Below, piece after piece: positions 19,364-28,903 of a stretch of 64,000 bases of DNA (position 1 is the first letter of the stretch; the number at the start of each line of letters is the position of its first letter). The stretch is taken from positions 1-64,000 of the forward strand of contig JBBRLJ010000027.1 of NCBI GenBank assembly GCA_038231435.1, given 5' to 3'. The notes under the pieces were generated by a model. The model had not been told where the DNA came from, ran no database searches, and saw only the letters and a program-made list of their open reading frames with translations. This DNA is from Planctomycetota bacterium. Its GTDB lineage: Bacteria; Planctomycetota; UBA11346. The translations under genes were made by a program, and so were the position numbers.

Positions 19364-20406
19364 TGGATCCATCGAAGCCCGGTGCCGATCGCCTCGGCCG
19401 TGTCCCGACCAGGGGCCTGGGCCTCACGCTCATCGAACTGCTGGTGTCGATCGGACTGGGCGTGGTCCTCGTCGGCTTGGCGTACTCGGCATTCACCCGC
19501 GTGAAGGCCAGCACCGAGCGCGCGACCGTGCGGGTGGACCTGCACGCCTCTGCGTCGGTCCTACGCTCGCACATGCAGCGGGATTTCGGCAACCTCGCTC
19601 CGAGCCTCGCGTTCTTCGCGCGCAGCCGGCCGCAAGTCGTCGACGCATCCAACCCGTCGCGCAAGACCGATACCATCGAGGTGGTGTTCATGCTCACCAC
19701 CGCGCCGCTGGTCAGCCAGTCGAATTTCGGGGAACAGTTCAAGTCCGACTACCACTGGGTGCGGTGGCGCTTCGTGCGCGCGTGGCGCGACGTCGCCGGT
19801 ACGTGGAAACCGATCGGCGGCCGCCTCTACCGATCGAGCAGCAGGCCTTCACGCTCGTGGAGGACCCTGTCCAACGCCACCGCGTTCAAGGCGCCGGGGC
19901 CCCTGATCGATCCCGTACCGGGATACCAGCAATGGACGAGCTACGCGGGCCGCGAGTGGTTCAACATGCCGCGACCGCTGCGCGACGCGTCGCAGGGCAT
20001 CGAGTCGCTCGAGAACAACCGCTACGGCATGGACACCACCGTGGTCGATCCCACCTCGGCCCCCCTCAACCGCACCACCGCCGCGTACGGCGACATCGGC
20101 GATCTCACCGATCTCGACAGTACCGAGGAATTGGTGACCGACCGCATGCGCGACTTCGCCATCGGCTGGGTCGATGCCCATGGCGCCGTGACCACCCTCT
20201 CCACTGGAGTCGCCGCCGACCACCGCATCGACGGTCTGTACGTCGACGTCACCGGCCCCGCCGGGAATCCAGCCCTCGCCCAACTCGCCCGCCGTCCGCG
20301 AGTCATGCGCGTCGCCTTCGGCCTGGCGGATGGCAAGACCGGCATCGCCCAGGATTTCTCGTTCTCGGTGGCGACGCCGGGGCTCCAGCCCCAGATCGGA
20401 CAGTGA
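19363..20406 (+). CDS. Prepilin-type protein, GspJ/PilW-like (A5)
   Basis: GLG|LTLIELLVSIGLG; MQRDF, VRWRF, LYR and RRPRVMRV patterns; stop/start overlap. Confidence 0.87.
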   Translation: MDPSKPGADRLGRVPTRGLGLTLIELLVSIGLGVVLVGLAYSAFTRVKASTERATVRVDLHASASVLRSHMQRDFGNLAPSLAFFARSRPQVVDASNPSRKTDTIEVVFMLTTAPLVSQSNFGEQFKSDYHWVRWRFVRAWRDVAGTWKPIGGRLYRSSSRPSRSWRTLSNATAFKAPGPLIDPVPGYQQWTSYAGREWFNMPRPLRDASQGIESLENNRYGMDTTVVDPTSAPLNRTTAAYGDIGDLTDLDSTEELVTDRMRDFAIGWVDAHGAVTTLSTGVAADHRIDGLYVDVTGPAGNPALAQLARRPRVMRVAFGLADGKTGIAQDFSFSVATPGLQPQIGQ

Positions 20407-20485
20407 GTCCGGCTCTTCCACCCTCGCGATCGATTCCAGATGCCTCAGCTATTTCCGCTATTTTCCGCTGCAGCACGGAGCCCTC

Positions 20486-23400
20486 ATGCCACATCCCGAC
20501 ACCATCCAGATGCCGACGATGCCTCGCCACGGCACCATCCTGCTGATCATGCTCGGCCTGATCATGGTGATGATCATGGTCGCGTTCGGCTTCGTCAGGT
20601 CGATGCAGATCTCGCGCGGCACCATCCAGATGCAGCACAAGGACGAGTTGGCGTCGCTCGCGGCGGACATGGGCATGAGCCATGCCATCGCGGTATGCAT
20701 GCAGGAATACGCGATGGACTCCGAGAAGGTGGACGGCGCGACGCGCACCGGCACGGCGGTGAAGACCCGTCCCGACGGTCCGACCAGCAACGTGTTCAAC
20801 ATCATGTCGCCGCGCGTGAACACCCAGCTGCCGATCCAGCCGCCGCAGGCGTACGACCTGGCTCCCGACGTCCCTTTCAATGACCTGTTCAACAACTTCG
20901 GCGGGAAGTACCACTGGTGGACATCCAAGGTCTCCGGATTCACCTCGGGCTTCACCATGAGGCGCGGTTATGCCCGCCTGTTCGAAGCCAACCGCTTCGA
21001 CTTCGACGGATCCAAGGTCTACGATCCGGCGTCTTACGACGATTTCGATCCCAACCGCCCGCCGCTCTTCCTCAAGGCGGTGCAGCCGGTCCCCGGTGGC
21101 GTCAGCACGCCGTTCCCACCGGTGGACCCGTTCCTGCGCGGATCCTACGCTCCTGGCCGCTCGGCCCCCGTGCACCCGCTCGACCACCCGGTGTGGCTCG
21201 ACTCCGAGTTCCTCCCGGTGAAGGACGTCAACGAGGCGCGCTACCGGCTGCGCTACGCGGTCACGGTCACCGACATGTCCGCCGCGCTGTGGATGAACAC
21301 CGACATGCCCTGGCTGGACGACGCCACCAAGGCGAAGGTACGCAAAAGCTACAAGGACTCGATCGAAGCCGTCGGCGTCCAGCTCGTCTCCCTCAACATC
21401 CAGAACGGCACGGCGGAGATCAAGACACGGTACCCGCTCACCCTCGAGAGCATCTTCCTCGGCTACGGGACGATCGGGAATTCGCAATTCCCTGACCGCG
21501 ACGGCAAGCCAAAGGATTGGCCGACGCGCACCACCGATGGCTTCGCCACGCCGCTCGCGACCCCGGCGCACATGGCCTACCGCTCGAATTACGTGTTCTG
21601 GGGTTCGGACATCGCGCGCGAATTCTACTGCGTCCTCGGCAGCCCATACATGCGGTGGTTCGATCCGCCGGGCACGTGGCTGGGCAGTCCGCTGGCATCA
21701 TACACGGATCTCGGCTTCTCGGTGCTGGGCTACGGCAGCGACTGGCCGCACGCGGGAGAAGGCGCCGGCGCGCGGGCCGATGATTTCGCGCAGCGCGCGG
21801 GCACGCCCTTCGGCCACCCTTACGAGAGCTACGCTCCGCCGCGGGCGCGCGGCGAGGCCCATCCGTGGACCGTGAACGTCCTGACCGTGCCGGCGCGCGT
21901 CCTCCAGGCGATGGTCAGCGCGTACGTGCCTCCGGCCATGCGCGGGGTGCTCATCTCGAGCGAGGACCACATCCCCTTCTACGAATACGTCGACGGCTCG
22001 CTCAACGTGAACCGCAACTGGGGCACCGCCGGGCAGATCCGCTACGGCGCTTCCACCTGGACCGGCAATTCGTGGAGCATCAGCGTCGCCGATGCCGTTG
22101 CCTCAGGCTTGAGCGTAGCGGGGAGCGGCATCGACCTGTTCACCGACTCGCTGACCCCGTACGGCCAGGTGCCGTTCAGCTACCCCGCGCCGGCGAACCG
22201 CGATTATTGGGGTTCGGATCCCGCCGCGCGTCCCGATCCGACACCAGCGGCGGACATGCGCACCAATGCGCAGCGTTATCCCGGCGCAGCGTTCTTCAGC
22301 CGCGCCGACGAGATCGAGGCGAACCGCATGACCCAGTGGAAGAACGTCGCCGCGGATCCGCGGCAGGTCGAGAGCGAAGGCTCGGGGAGCAGGATCCCGG
22401 CTGCCGGGGTAGGCGTCGACCATCTCGCCCGACATATCGTCTTCTACATTCCGGACACGCCGGTCCCGACTCCGGGATCGAGCCGGAACTACCTGACGTC
22501 GAATGCCGGACTCAACGCCAACTGGGCATGGGATTTCACGCCCGCCATGCCGCTGGGCAGCATCTGGGGGCCGCCGGGCAGCTGCGCGGGCATGAGCCTG
22601 TACCTGCCATCGAGCGAGACGCTCGAGCTCCCGGGCGCGGTACCGATCGCCCCCAATGGCGAGGTCTACCCGAACTACCCCACCGACGGGACCGGTCCGG
22701 CCCTGCTGAGCGCGCCGCTCGCCGCGCGTCCAGGCGTGCAGACGCCCACCGGTTGGCGCGTCATCCGCCACGCCGGCAGTGGCTCGACCGATCCGGTCAC
22801 CACCGCGCGCAATTCCTATTGGCAGCGCCTCACGCTCGCGTTCCTGCACGCCGTGGTGGTCGCGCAGACCGCGAATCTGGCGTGGGCCGACCCGCAGGAC
22901 AACCGCAGCCAATCCATCTGGCAGCCGATCGGCGGCGGGTTCACCGGCGGACCGACCTACAACACCAATCCCAATTCCACAGCGACCATCGTGCGCAAGG
23001 CGCCTGGCCTGGATCCGAAGGCATCCGACTTCGACGCGCTCGAGCAGATCGATCGCCAATTCCTCGCGAACCTCGGCGAAAGCTTCGAACACGCCGGCGC
23101 CGAGACACCCACAGTCGCGCTCAGGGAGCGCCCACCGCGCTACCTGCGCTATCAATGCCAGTCCATTCCCTATCCCGGACCAGCGACATTCGATATCGGC
23201 ACCCTGACCAACGTCGCCGAGTACCGCGTCACCAACAACATCCGCACGCTGTTGACCCCGGTCGACGGCACGCAGCTGACCGCGAGCAGCCGCGACGACC
23301 AAGCTCCGGGCGCGGTACCGCGCAGCCTCTGGCTGCTCGACGAATGGAACGCGCTCAACGATCCCACCTACGTTCCCGGTACCGCGGTGGGTACCCAGCC

Positions 23401-23908
23401 GACCGCGCTCGCGCGCGCCAGGGCGAAACTGATGGAGCGCACGCTGAACGATTGGCGCATGAGCTTCCTCGGCGCGACCAGGGAATACGCCGCGAGCTTC
23501 CGTCCCAAGGACTTCGACGGCGACCACATCGTCTTCTGCAGCGGCTACCTCAACGGCAGCGCGGCGGATCCCGACACCGGGCTCTCGTGCTGGGAACCGG
23601 CGACCGCGGTCGGCGGCAGCGACGGCCCCGGTGTCTCTGATCAACGCCCGCTGACGATCTTCTCGGTCACCGGCAGCCTCGCCTTCATGCGCAGCCATCA
23701 CTACAAGATCGAGGTGCGCGGCGAACTGTTCGACAACGCGCTCGACAAGGCGGTGAACGAGAAATACCTCGAAGCGGCGATCCTGATCGACCCGGACAAC
23801 AACATCGTGCGCGGCGGCCTGCCCAGCGGGCTCGAGGATACCACGATCATGATGCAGAAACCGGTCCACAACTATTATCGAGGCTATCTCGACCAGTCGT
23901 ACCCGTGA
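20486..23908 (+). CDS. Giant GspK/PilX-like minor pseudopilin (A6, about 1140 aa)
   Basis: RHG|TILLIML without E5; LASLAADMGMSHA; YAVTVTDMSAALWMN and VNVLTVPARVLQAM resemble GspK D..GKLNLN and NINTA..VL.AL. Confidence 0.8.
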   Translation: MPHPDTIQMPTMPRHGTILLIMLGLIMVMIMVAFGFVRSMQISRGTIQMQHKDELASLAADMGMSHAIAVCMQEYAMDSEKVDGATRTGTAVKTRPDGPTSNVFNIMSPRVNTQLPIQPPQAYDLAPDVPFNDLFNNFGGKYHWWTSKVSGFTSGFTMRRGYARLFEANRFDFDGSKVYDPASYDDFDPNRPPLFLKAVQPVPGGVSTPFPPVDPFLRGSYAPGRSAPVHPLDHPVWLDSEFLPVKDVNEARYRLRYAVTVTDMSAALWMNTDMPWLDDATKAKVRKSYKDSIEAVGVQLVSLNIQNGTAEIKTRYPLTLESIFLGYGTIGNSQFPDRDGKPKDWPTRTTDGFATPLATPAHMAYRSNYVFWGSDIAREFYCVLGSPYMRWFDPPGTWLGSPLASYTDLGFSVLGYGSDWPHAGEGAGARADDFAQRAGTPFGHPYESYAPPRARGEAHPWTVNVLTVPARVLQAMVSAYVPPAMRGVLISSEDHIPFYEYVDGSLNVNRNWGTAGQIRYGASTWTGNSWSISVADAVASGLSVAGSGIDLFTDSLTPYGQVPFSYPAPANRDYWGSDPAARPDPTPAADMRTNAQRYPGAAFFSRADEIEANRMTQWKNVAADPRQVESEGSGSRIPAAGVGVDHLARHIVFYIPDTPVPTPGSSRNYLTSNAGLNANWAWDFTPAMPLGSIWGPPGSCAGMSLYLPSSETLELPGAVPIAPNGEVYPNYPTDGTGPALLSAPLAARPGVQTPTGWRVIRHAGSGSTDPVTTARNSYWQRLTLAFLHAVVVAQTANLAWADPQDNRSQSIWQPIGGGFTGGPTYNTNPNSTATIVRKAPGLDPKASDFDALEQIDRQFLANLGESFEHAGAETPTVALRERPPRYLRYQCQSIPYPGPATFDIGTLTNVAEYRVTNNIRTLLTPVDGTQLTASSRDDQAPGAVPRSLWLLDEWNALNDPTYVPGTAVGTQPTALARARAKLMERTLNDWRMSFLGATREYAASFRPKDFDGDHIVFCSGYLNGSAADPDTGLSCWEPATAVGGSDGPGVSDQRPLTIFSVTGSLAFMRSHHYKIEVRGELFDNALDKAVNEKYLEAAILIDPDNNIVRGGLPSGLEDTTIMMQKPVHNYYRGYLDQSYP

Positions 23909-23927
23909 GCTCAGCGCCGATATCCGT

Positions 23928-25349
23928 CTATTTGATCTCGACCGGCGCGGTGAGCATGCATTTCATGCCGGCCTTCTTGCCGACCTTCACGCCCTTCCAC
24001 GGCGCGGAAGAGAACGAGGCCTCGGTGAACGTCGCTGCGTCGGCGACGTCGCGGATCTGCAGCCAGTAATCCCTCAGCGTGGTCGCATCCGCTCCCGCCG
24101 CCCAGGTCAGAGGCGGAGCCAAGGTTGGACTCAGCACGTATCCCGGAGCTCCGACCGCGAAATAGCAGGAGCGGTTGTATTGGTACTCCTTGCGCGCGCT
24201 GCGCAGCAGCAGATCGCGCCGGTTCTGGCCATCGAAGGTGCGGACGTAGCGCTCAGGCTGGAACATCGCGTAGACCACCACCAGCGGATGACCCCAGGCG
24301 TCGTTCCATGGCTGCGATCCGCTGCGCCCGTTGCGGTACTCGCCCTCGCCGACGGCTCCGCGCTGCAGCACGCCCGCGGCCTGCAGCAGCTGGATGCTCT
24401 TGAGCGGCGACATCCAGCCTTCATCGAAGGGCATCGGTGCGTTGGCGTTCTTCAGCGGATCCGCACCGACGATGTTGATGGCCAGATCGCTGGAGCGGTG
24501 GGCGCCGGTGAGCGTGACGCCGTCGGTCTGGTTCGGATCGGAGGCGGTCCAATCCCAGATCCGGCTGGTGGCGGGCGCGCCGGTGGTGACCCAGTTGTTC
24601 AGCACCGCCTCGGGCGGGTTCTCCTTGGTCAGGCCGGCGCTGGTGGTCTTCTCGGTGATCTTCGTGGTCGTCGGGCCCGATGGCAGGTTGGGATCGCAGA
24701 TCGCACCATCGACGCGCAGCCCAGGCTTCCCCCAGGGGAAGCGCAGGATCGGCGGATTCACGCCAGGACTGGGAAGATCCCAATCGGTTTCCGGCCACTG
24801 CGTCGGCCATGCGCCCGGCTGGCCGGCCGCCATGTAGTCGGCCGCTGACGCCCAGGTCGCGGCGGGCGGCGCGGGTGGCTTGGCGTCGTACACGTCATCG
24901 ATCAGGCGGCGCCACAAGGTGATGCGCTCGGGATTCGCGCTGTAGTTGGTCGCATCGAAAGGTGCCTGCGACCACGCCGGGGTGGCGATGGGCGGAACCC
25001 ATGTCCACTGCATGAACCCTGGAGGTTTCGCGCACAGGCTGGTGATCGAGTAGTTGTTGATGTTGGAGATCTGGGCGAAATACGGAACGCCGCCGAGATC
25101 GTACGCGATCTGCAGGCCCACGCCGGGACTGCCATCCGACGCCGCGTATTGCGTCAGACCATTGAGGATGTTCTGCATGCGCGCCATGGTGGCGTGCTCC
25201 CTGGCGCGTTCCTTGATCATGGTCACGCACGAGATCGTCAGCCCCACCAGCACCATGACGATGGCGACGACGATCAGCAGTTCGAGCAGGCTGAAGCCGC
25301 GGCGCTGGCGCACGGCGTCGCCACGTTGATTCCGGTCAGGTGGCATCAC
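23928..25349 (-). CDS. Prepilin-type protein, GspG/PilE-like (B6)
   Basis: QRRG|FSLLELLIVVAI; NDAWGHPLVV. Confidence 0.88.
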   Translation of the reverse strand: MMPPDRNQRGDAVRQRRGFSLLELLIVVAIVMVLVGLTISCVTMIKERAREHATMARMQNILNGLTQYAASDGSPGVGLQIAYDLGGVPYFAQISNINNYSITSLCAKPPGFMQWTWVPPIATPAWSQAPFDATNYSANPERITLWRRLIDDVYDAKPPAPPAATWASAADYMAAGQPGAWPTQWPETDWDLPSPGVNPPILRFPWGKPGLRVDGAICDPNLPSGPTTTKITEKTTSAGLTKENPPEAVLNNWVTTGAPATSRIWDWTASDPNQTDGVTLTGAHRSSDLAINIVGADPLKNANAPMPFDEGWMSPLKSIQLLQAAGVLQRGAVGEGEYRNGRSGSQPWNDAWGHPLVVVYAMFQPERYVRTFDGQNRRDLLLRSARKEYQYNRSCYFAVGAPGYVLSPTLAPPLTWAAGADATTLRDYWLQIRDVADAATFTEASFSSAPWKGVKVGKKAGMKCMLTAPVEIK

Positions 25350-25353
25350 CGAT

Positions 25354-26880
25354 TCACCAGTTGGCCGGTTCGTGGTCGAGACGCTGGACCCACTTGAAAT
25401 TGCCGCCGTAGGTCTTGGGCGCGCTGTACCTCAGCCCGTCGGCGTATCCGCCTTCGCGCAGGTCCGACATCTGGTCCGAATTGAATTCGTCCGGAACCAG
25501 GTTCTTGCTGCGATCCCAGCCCGGCCAGTCCTTGGGTTTCCAGAACGGGATCGGATTGCTCGACGCGTCGAAGCGCTGGTAGACGTGGGTGCCGCCCCAC
25601 GAATAGCGCTCGGGCACGAAGCCTCCGCCCTGGAGCGCAGACCATTCGACGCGGTACCACTGCACCTGCGTCGCGGTGCGCATGGCCTTGAAGCCAGACT
25701 CGCCGATGTTGGCGAAGGTCGGCGAGTTCGCCGCGAACTCCTGGCCCTTGGTGACCGATCCAGGCAGCGAGTTCGCCGCCTCCCACGCGGTCAGGTCGGC
25801 CTGGTCCCAGAAACGGTAGCCGCGAGTCGGCCCCACGCCGCAGGCGATGATGAAGACGTTCCAGTTCTTCAGCGCGGGATTCTTCTTGTCGTACATCAGC
25901 ACGTAATCGTACGCTGGCACGCCATCGCCATCGTGATCGGCCTGGACCTCGCGGTAGATGCGGAACCAGCACAGGTTCTCGGTGCCGTCGCGCACCTCGA
26001 GCTGCACCGCGAGCGGAGGTCCGCCAGAGCCGTCGTCGATCAGGTGTCCCCAGTCACCTACCGCACCGACCGACGCGACCTTGCCGGAGATGAAGGTCGG
26101 CTTGCCCGAGCCGGGATACGCGGGATTCGACCATTCGTCGGCGGCGGGCTGCGGATCGAGCACGCCGCTCGCGCCATTGGCGGGATCGAAGATGCCGTCC
26201 GTCCACGCCTGCGGCCAGTTGCGCGTCGTCGGCAGCCCAGTGAGCGCGTCGATGCCGGCCGCGCCGGGCAGTGGCGCCGTGACCCATGGCGCCTCCCAGC
26301 CTGGAGCGCCGTACGCGGGAGCGCCCGCTGGCACGCCGACCGGATTGTACGACACCTTCAGCAGCGTCGCGTACGGCGGCTGCTCGGGCACCGCCATCGG
26401 ACAGCGGATCACCGAACCCGGGCACGGCCAGGTGCGCAGGTTGCTCGCCGGCAGCTGCAGATCGGTGGGCGACGGCAGGTACGGGCCCCAGCTGCCGCTC
26501 CACCAGCTGGGCGCGGGAGCGGCGGTGGTCCCGGCGGCGCGCATCGGGCGCGGTCCGAGCGAGCCGTCGCGGATGTCCGTCCAGCCGTAGGTCTCCTGGC
26601 CCCAGCCCAGCCGCGATTCCTCCTGCAGGAACATCATGCCGGCGTGCAGCATCAGGCGGGCCTGGCCCTCGCCGACGATCGCGCGCGTCTCCTGGCTGTC
26701 GGCGCGCATGCGCAGCATGAAGCTCATGGCCACGCCCAGCAGCACCATCGACAATCCGGTGACGATGATCAGCACCACGCCGCCGCGCGTGCGCGGGACG
26801 CGCAGGCGGGCACCGGCGAGGACGACCTCGTCCGTCGGCAAGCGCCACGATGCGGAGAATTCACGGGATTCACGGAACAT
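25354..26880 (-). CDS. PilX/GspK-like minor pilin (B5)
   Basis: TRGG|VVLIIVTGL without E5; QARLMLHAGM; DHDGDG motif. Confidence 0.8.
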   Translation of the reverse strand: MFRESREFSASWRLPTDEVVLAGARLRVPRTRGGVVLIIVTGLSMVLLGVAMSFMLRMRADSQETRAIVGEGQARLMLHAGMMFLQEESRLGWGQETYGWTDIRDGSLGPRPMRAAGTTAAPAPSWWSGSWGPYLPSPTDLQLPASNLRTWPCPGSVIRCPMAVPEQPPYATLLKVSYNPVGVPAGAPAYGAPGWEAPWVTAPLPGAAGIDALTGLPTTRNWPQAWTDGIFDPANGASGVLDPQPAADEWSNPAYPGSGKPTFISGKVASVGAVGDWGHLIDDGSGGPPLAVQLEVRDGTENLCWFRIYREVQADHDGDGVPAYDYVLMYDKKNPALKNWNVFIIACGVGPTRGYRFWDQADLTAWEAANSLPGSVTKGQEFAANSPTFANIGESGFKAMRTATQVQWYRVEWSALQGGGFVPERYSWGGTHVYQRFDASSNPIPFWKPKDWPGWDRSKNLVPDEFNSDQMSDLREGGYADGLRYSAPKTYGGNFKWVQRLDHEPANW

Positions 26881-28903
26881 AATAGGGGCCTGGGGTCGGT
26901 CGCGTGTCGTAGAAATCGCCGATCGGCAGATCGTTCCGCGCGCCGTTGCCAGGCGTCGGCGCGTAGCGGTGCCCCGGCAGGGTCGGACCGGCGGGTTGGA
27001 ACTGCAGGGCGGGCGAATACAGGCGCCAGTGCTGGCGCGCGCCGCGGAAGGTGGTTCCGAAGGGCATGCAGCACAGTTCGGTCTTCTTGCCCGAGATCGG
27101 ATCGTCGATGGTCACGCGGATCACCGTCAGATCCTGCGAGCCAGCGACGCGCCCATAGCGCATGATGCCGGTCTTCATCCCCGGCGCCTGCTTGGGCTTC
27201 GACTCGGTGTCGATGGCCCTGGGCAGCGCGTACCATTTGGTCTTCGGCGCCATCGAGGTTCCGACCGGGAAGTCCGCAGGCTCGGCGCGCTCGAAGTCGG
27301 TGGTGTTGTACGGCAGCCACACGGTGGTCGACATCGACGACGAATCCACGCGCGTGAGATCGCCGCGTTCGGTGACGGTGTGGAAATGGTTCTGCGAGCC
27401 TTCGAGGAGCTGGGCCTCGTATTCCGAGCCCTGCCCGGCGTCGTAGTCGCCGGTCCCCAGGAAGACCACGAATGGGTTCTTGTACTGGAAGTGGTCGAAA
27501 TTGTAGTTGTACCAGTTGGAAATGAAATCCGCGCCCTGCGCCGGCCAGCATGGGCGCAGCGGGATCGCCTCGATGGCGCGCGCGTTCTTGCCGCCGTTGG
27601 CGGGCGATGCGATGAAGCGCTCGCCCATGCGCACGGCGAGATCGCATTCGCCGAAATTGAAGCAGTAGTCGCCATCGAGGTAGTATTTGCAGTACTCGCC
27701 CTGGTCGGGAGCACCGCTGGTTCCCGGGGTCCCGCCGTTGACGCGGTAGTTGCACGGTGCGATCGGGACGGTGTTGACGTCGGGCGTCTGGCCCTGGCGA
27801 TCGCCGAAGAGCAGCGGCGTGCCCGGGGTCATGTACTGGTAGGCGCCGAAATAGTTCAGGCGCTGCCAGATGCCCGTCCACATCAGCGGCTGGTACATGC
27901 CCCAGCCGTTGTCGATCGGCGCGTCCACCGGATTCGGCAGTGTCTCGACGGTGGCAACCAGCGGATTCGCGTATTCGAACTGCTTGACCACGCTGCCGGT
28001 GGTTGGCGTTCCGCCCTGGGCGACGGCGACTCCGGGCGGCGTGTTCGCGGGATAGCGCGCGGTGGTGTTCGCGACGTCGCGCATGTCGCTGGCGCTGACC
28101 AGTGCATAGTCTCCGATCGCCAGGCGCGGGTAGCCCTGGCGGTAGCCGCCGTAGTGCTTCACCCGGTAGGGATTGGCGACGCGGCGCTCGGGCACGCGCA
28201 TCGCCTGGACCGGTACGCGAGAGATAGACCTGGGATCGCTGGCGAGCAGCGCGTTGGGGTTCGGCACGAAGTCGTTGCGGTTGTAGGCATCCGTCCAGTG
28301 GTCATCGTGGATGATCTCGTCCCAATCCGGAGTGGTCGGCGACGCGGCGTTGTAGTAGTCGGCACCGCGCGCCGGATCATTGACGTCGCGCTCGTTGGTG
28401 TCGGTGCGCGGCGCGAAGCGCACCGGCTGGAATGGCCGGCGCCAGCCGCTCTCGACCAGGCTGTTTTCATGGACCAGCACGCGCACGTCCGTCGCGCCCA
28501 CGAAGCCCGCGTCGTTGGTTGAATCAACGGTGTCGTCGGTCGCCGGATTGTCGCGCTGGGTCTGCTGGCGCATGAAGCCCTTGTTGTAGGGCGCCTGGTC
28601 GTCGGCGTGCGAATGCCAGTAATCGACATCCAGCATGGCCACCTGGAATCCAGCGCGCAGCAGGCCGTTCTCGGTGCTCAGCACGTTCGCCGCGGCGATC
28701 GCCTTGGTCACCATGCGGAAGCACGACACCGCGGTGAGCACGATGACCGCGGACAACGCCACGCCGATCATCATCTCGATCAGGGTGAAGCCCTGACGCG
28801 AACCCACCGGACGCGCGACGATCCGCGCGAGGGACGGCACCACGCGGCCGAGGCACGCGCGGTACCGCTTGGCGGGGTCAATTGCCATGGTGTCAATTGC
28901 CAT
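26870..28903 (-). CDS. Prepilin-type protein, PilW/GspJ position (B4, 677 aa)
   Basis: RQG|FTLIEMMIGVALS; overlaps both neighbours by 11 nt. Alternative start 28888. Confidence 0.85.
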   Translation of the reverse strand: MAIDTMAIDPAKRYRACLGRVVPSLARIVARPVGSRQGFTLIEMMIGVALSAVIVLTAVSCFRMVTKAIAAANVLSTENGLLRAGFQVAMLDVDYWHSHADDQAPYNKGFMRQQTQRDNPATDDTVDSTNDAGFVGATDVRVLVHENSLVESGWRRPFQPVRFAPRTDTNERDVNDPARGADYYNAASPTTPDWDEIIHDDHWTDAYNRNDFVPNPNALLASDPRSISRVPVQAMRVPERRVANPYRVKHYGGYRQGYPRLAIGDYALVSASDMRDVANTTARYPANTPPGVAVAQGGTPTTGSVVKQFEYANPLVATVETLPNPVDAPIDNGWGMYQPLMWTGIWQRLNYFGAYQYMTPGTPLLFGDRQGQTPDVNTVPIAPCNYRVNGGTPGTSGAPDQGEYCKYYLDGDYCFNFGECDLAVRMGERFIASPANGGKNARAIEAIPLRPCWPAQGADFISNWYNYNFDHFQYKNPFVVFLGTGDYDAGQGSEYEAQLLEGSQNHFHTVTERGDLTRVDSSSMSTTVWLPYNTTDFERAEPADFPVGTSMAPKTKWYALPRAIDTESKPKQAPGMKTGIMRYGRVAGSQDLTVIRVTIDDPISGKKTELCCMPFGTTFRGARQHWRLYSPALQFQPAGPTLPGHRYAPTPGNGARNDLPIGDFYDTRPTPGPYYVP
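28877..28903. repeat. 12-bp direct repeat duplicating the B3 stop / B4 start junction
   Basis: GTCAATTGCCAT at 28877-28888 and 28892-28903 (MAIDT-MAIDP). Confidence 0.85.
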
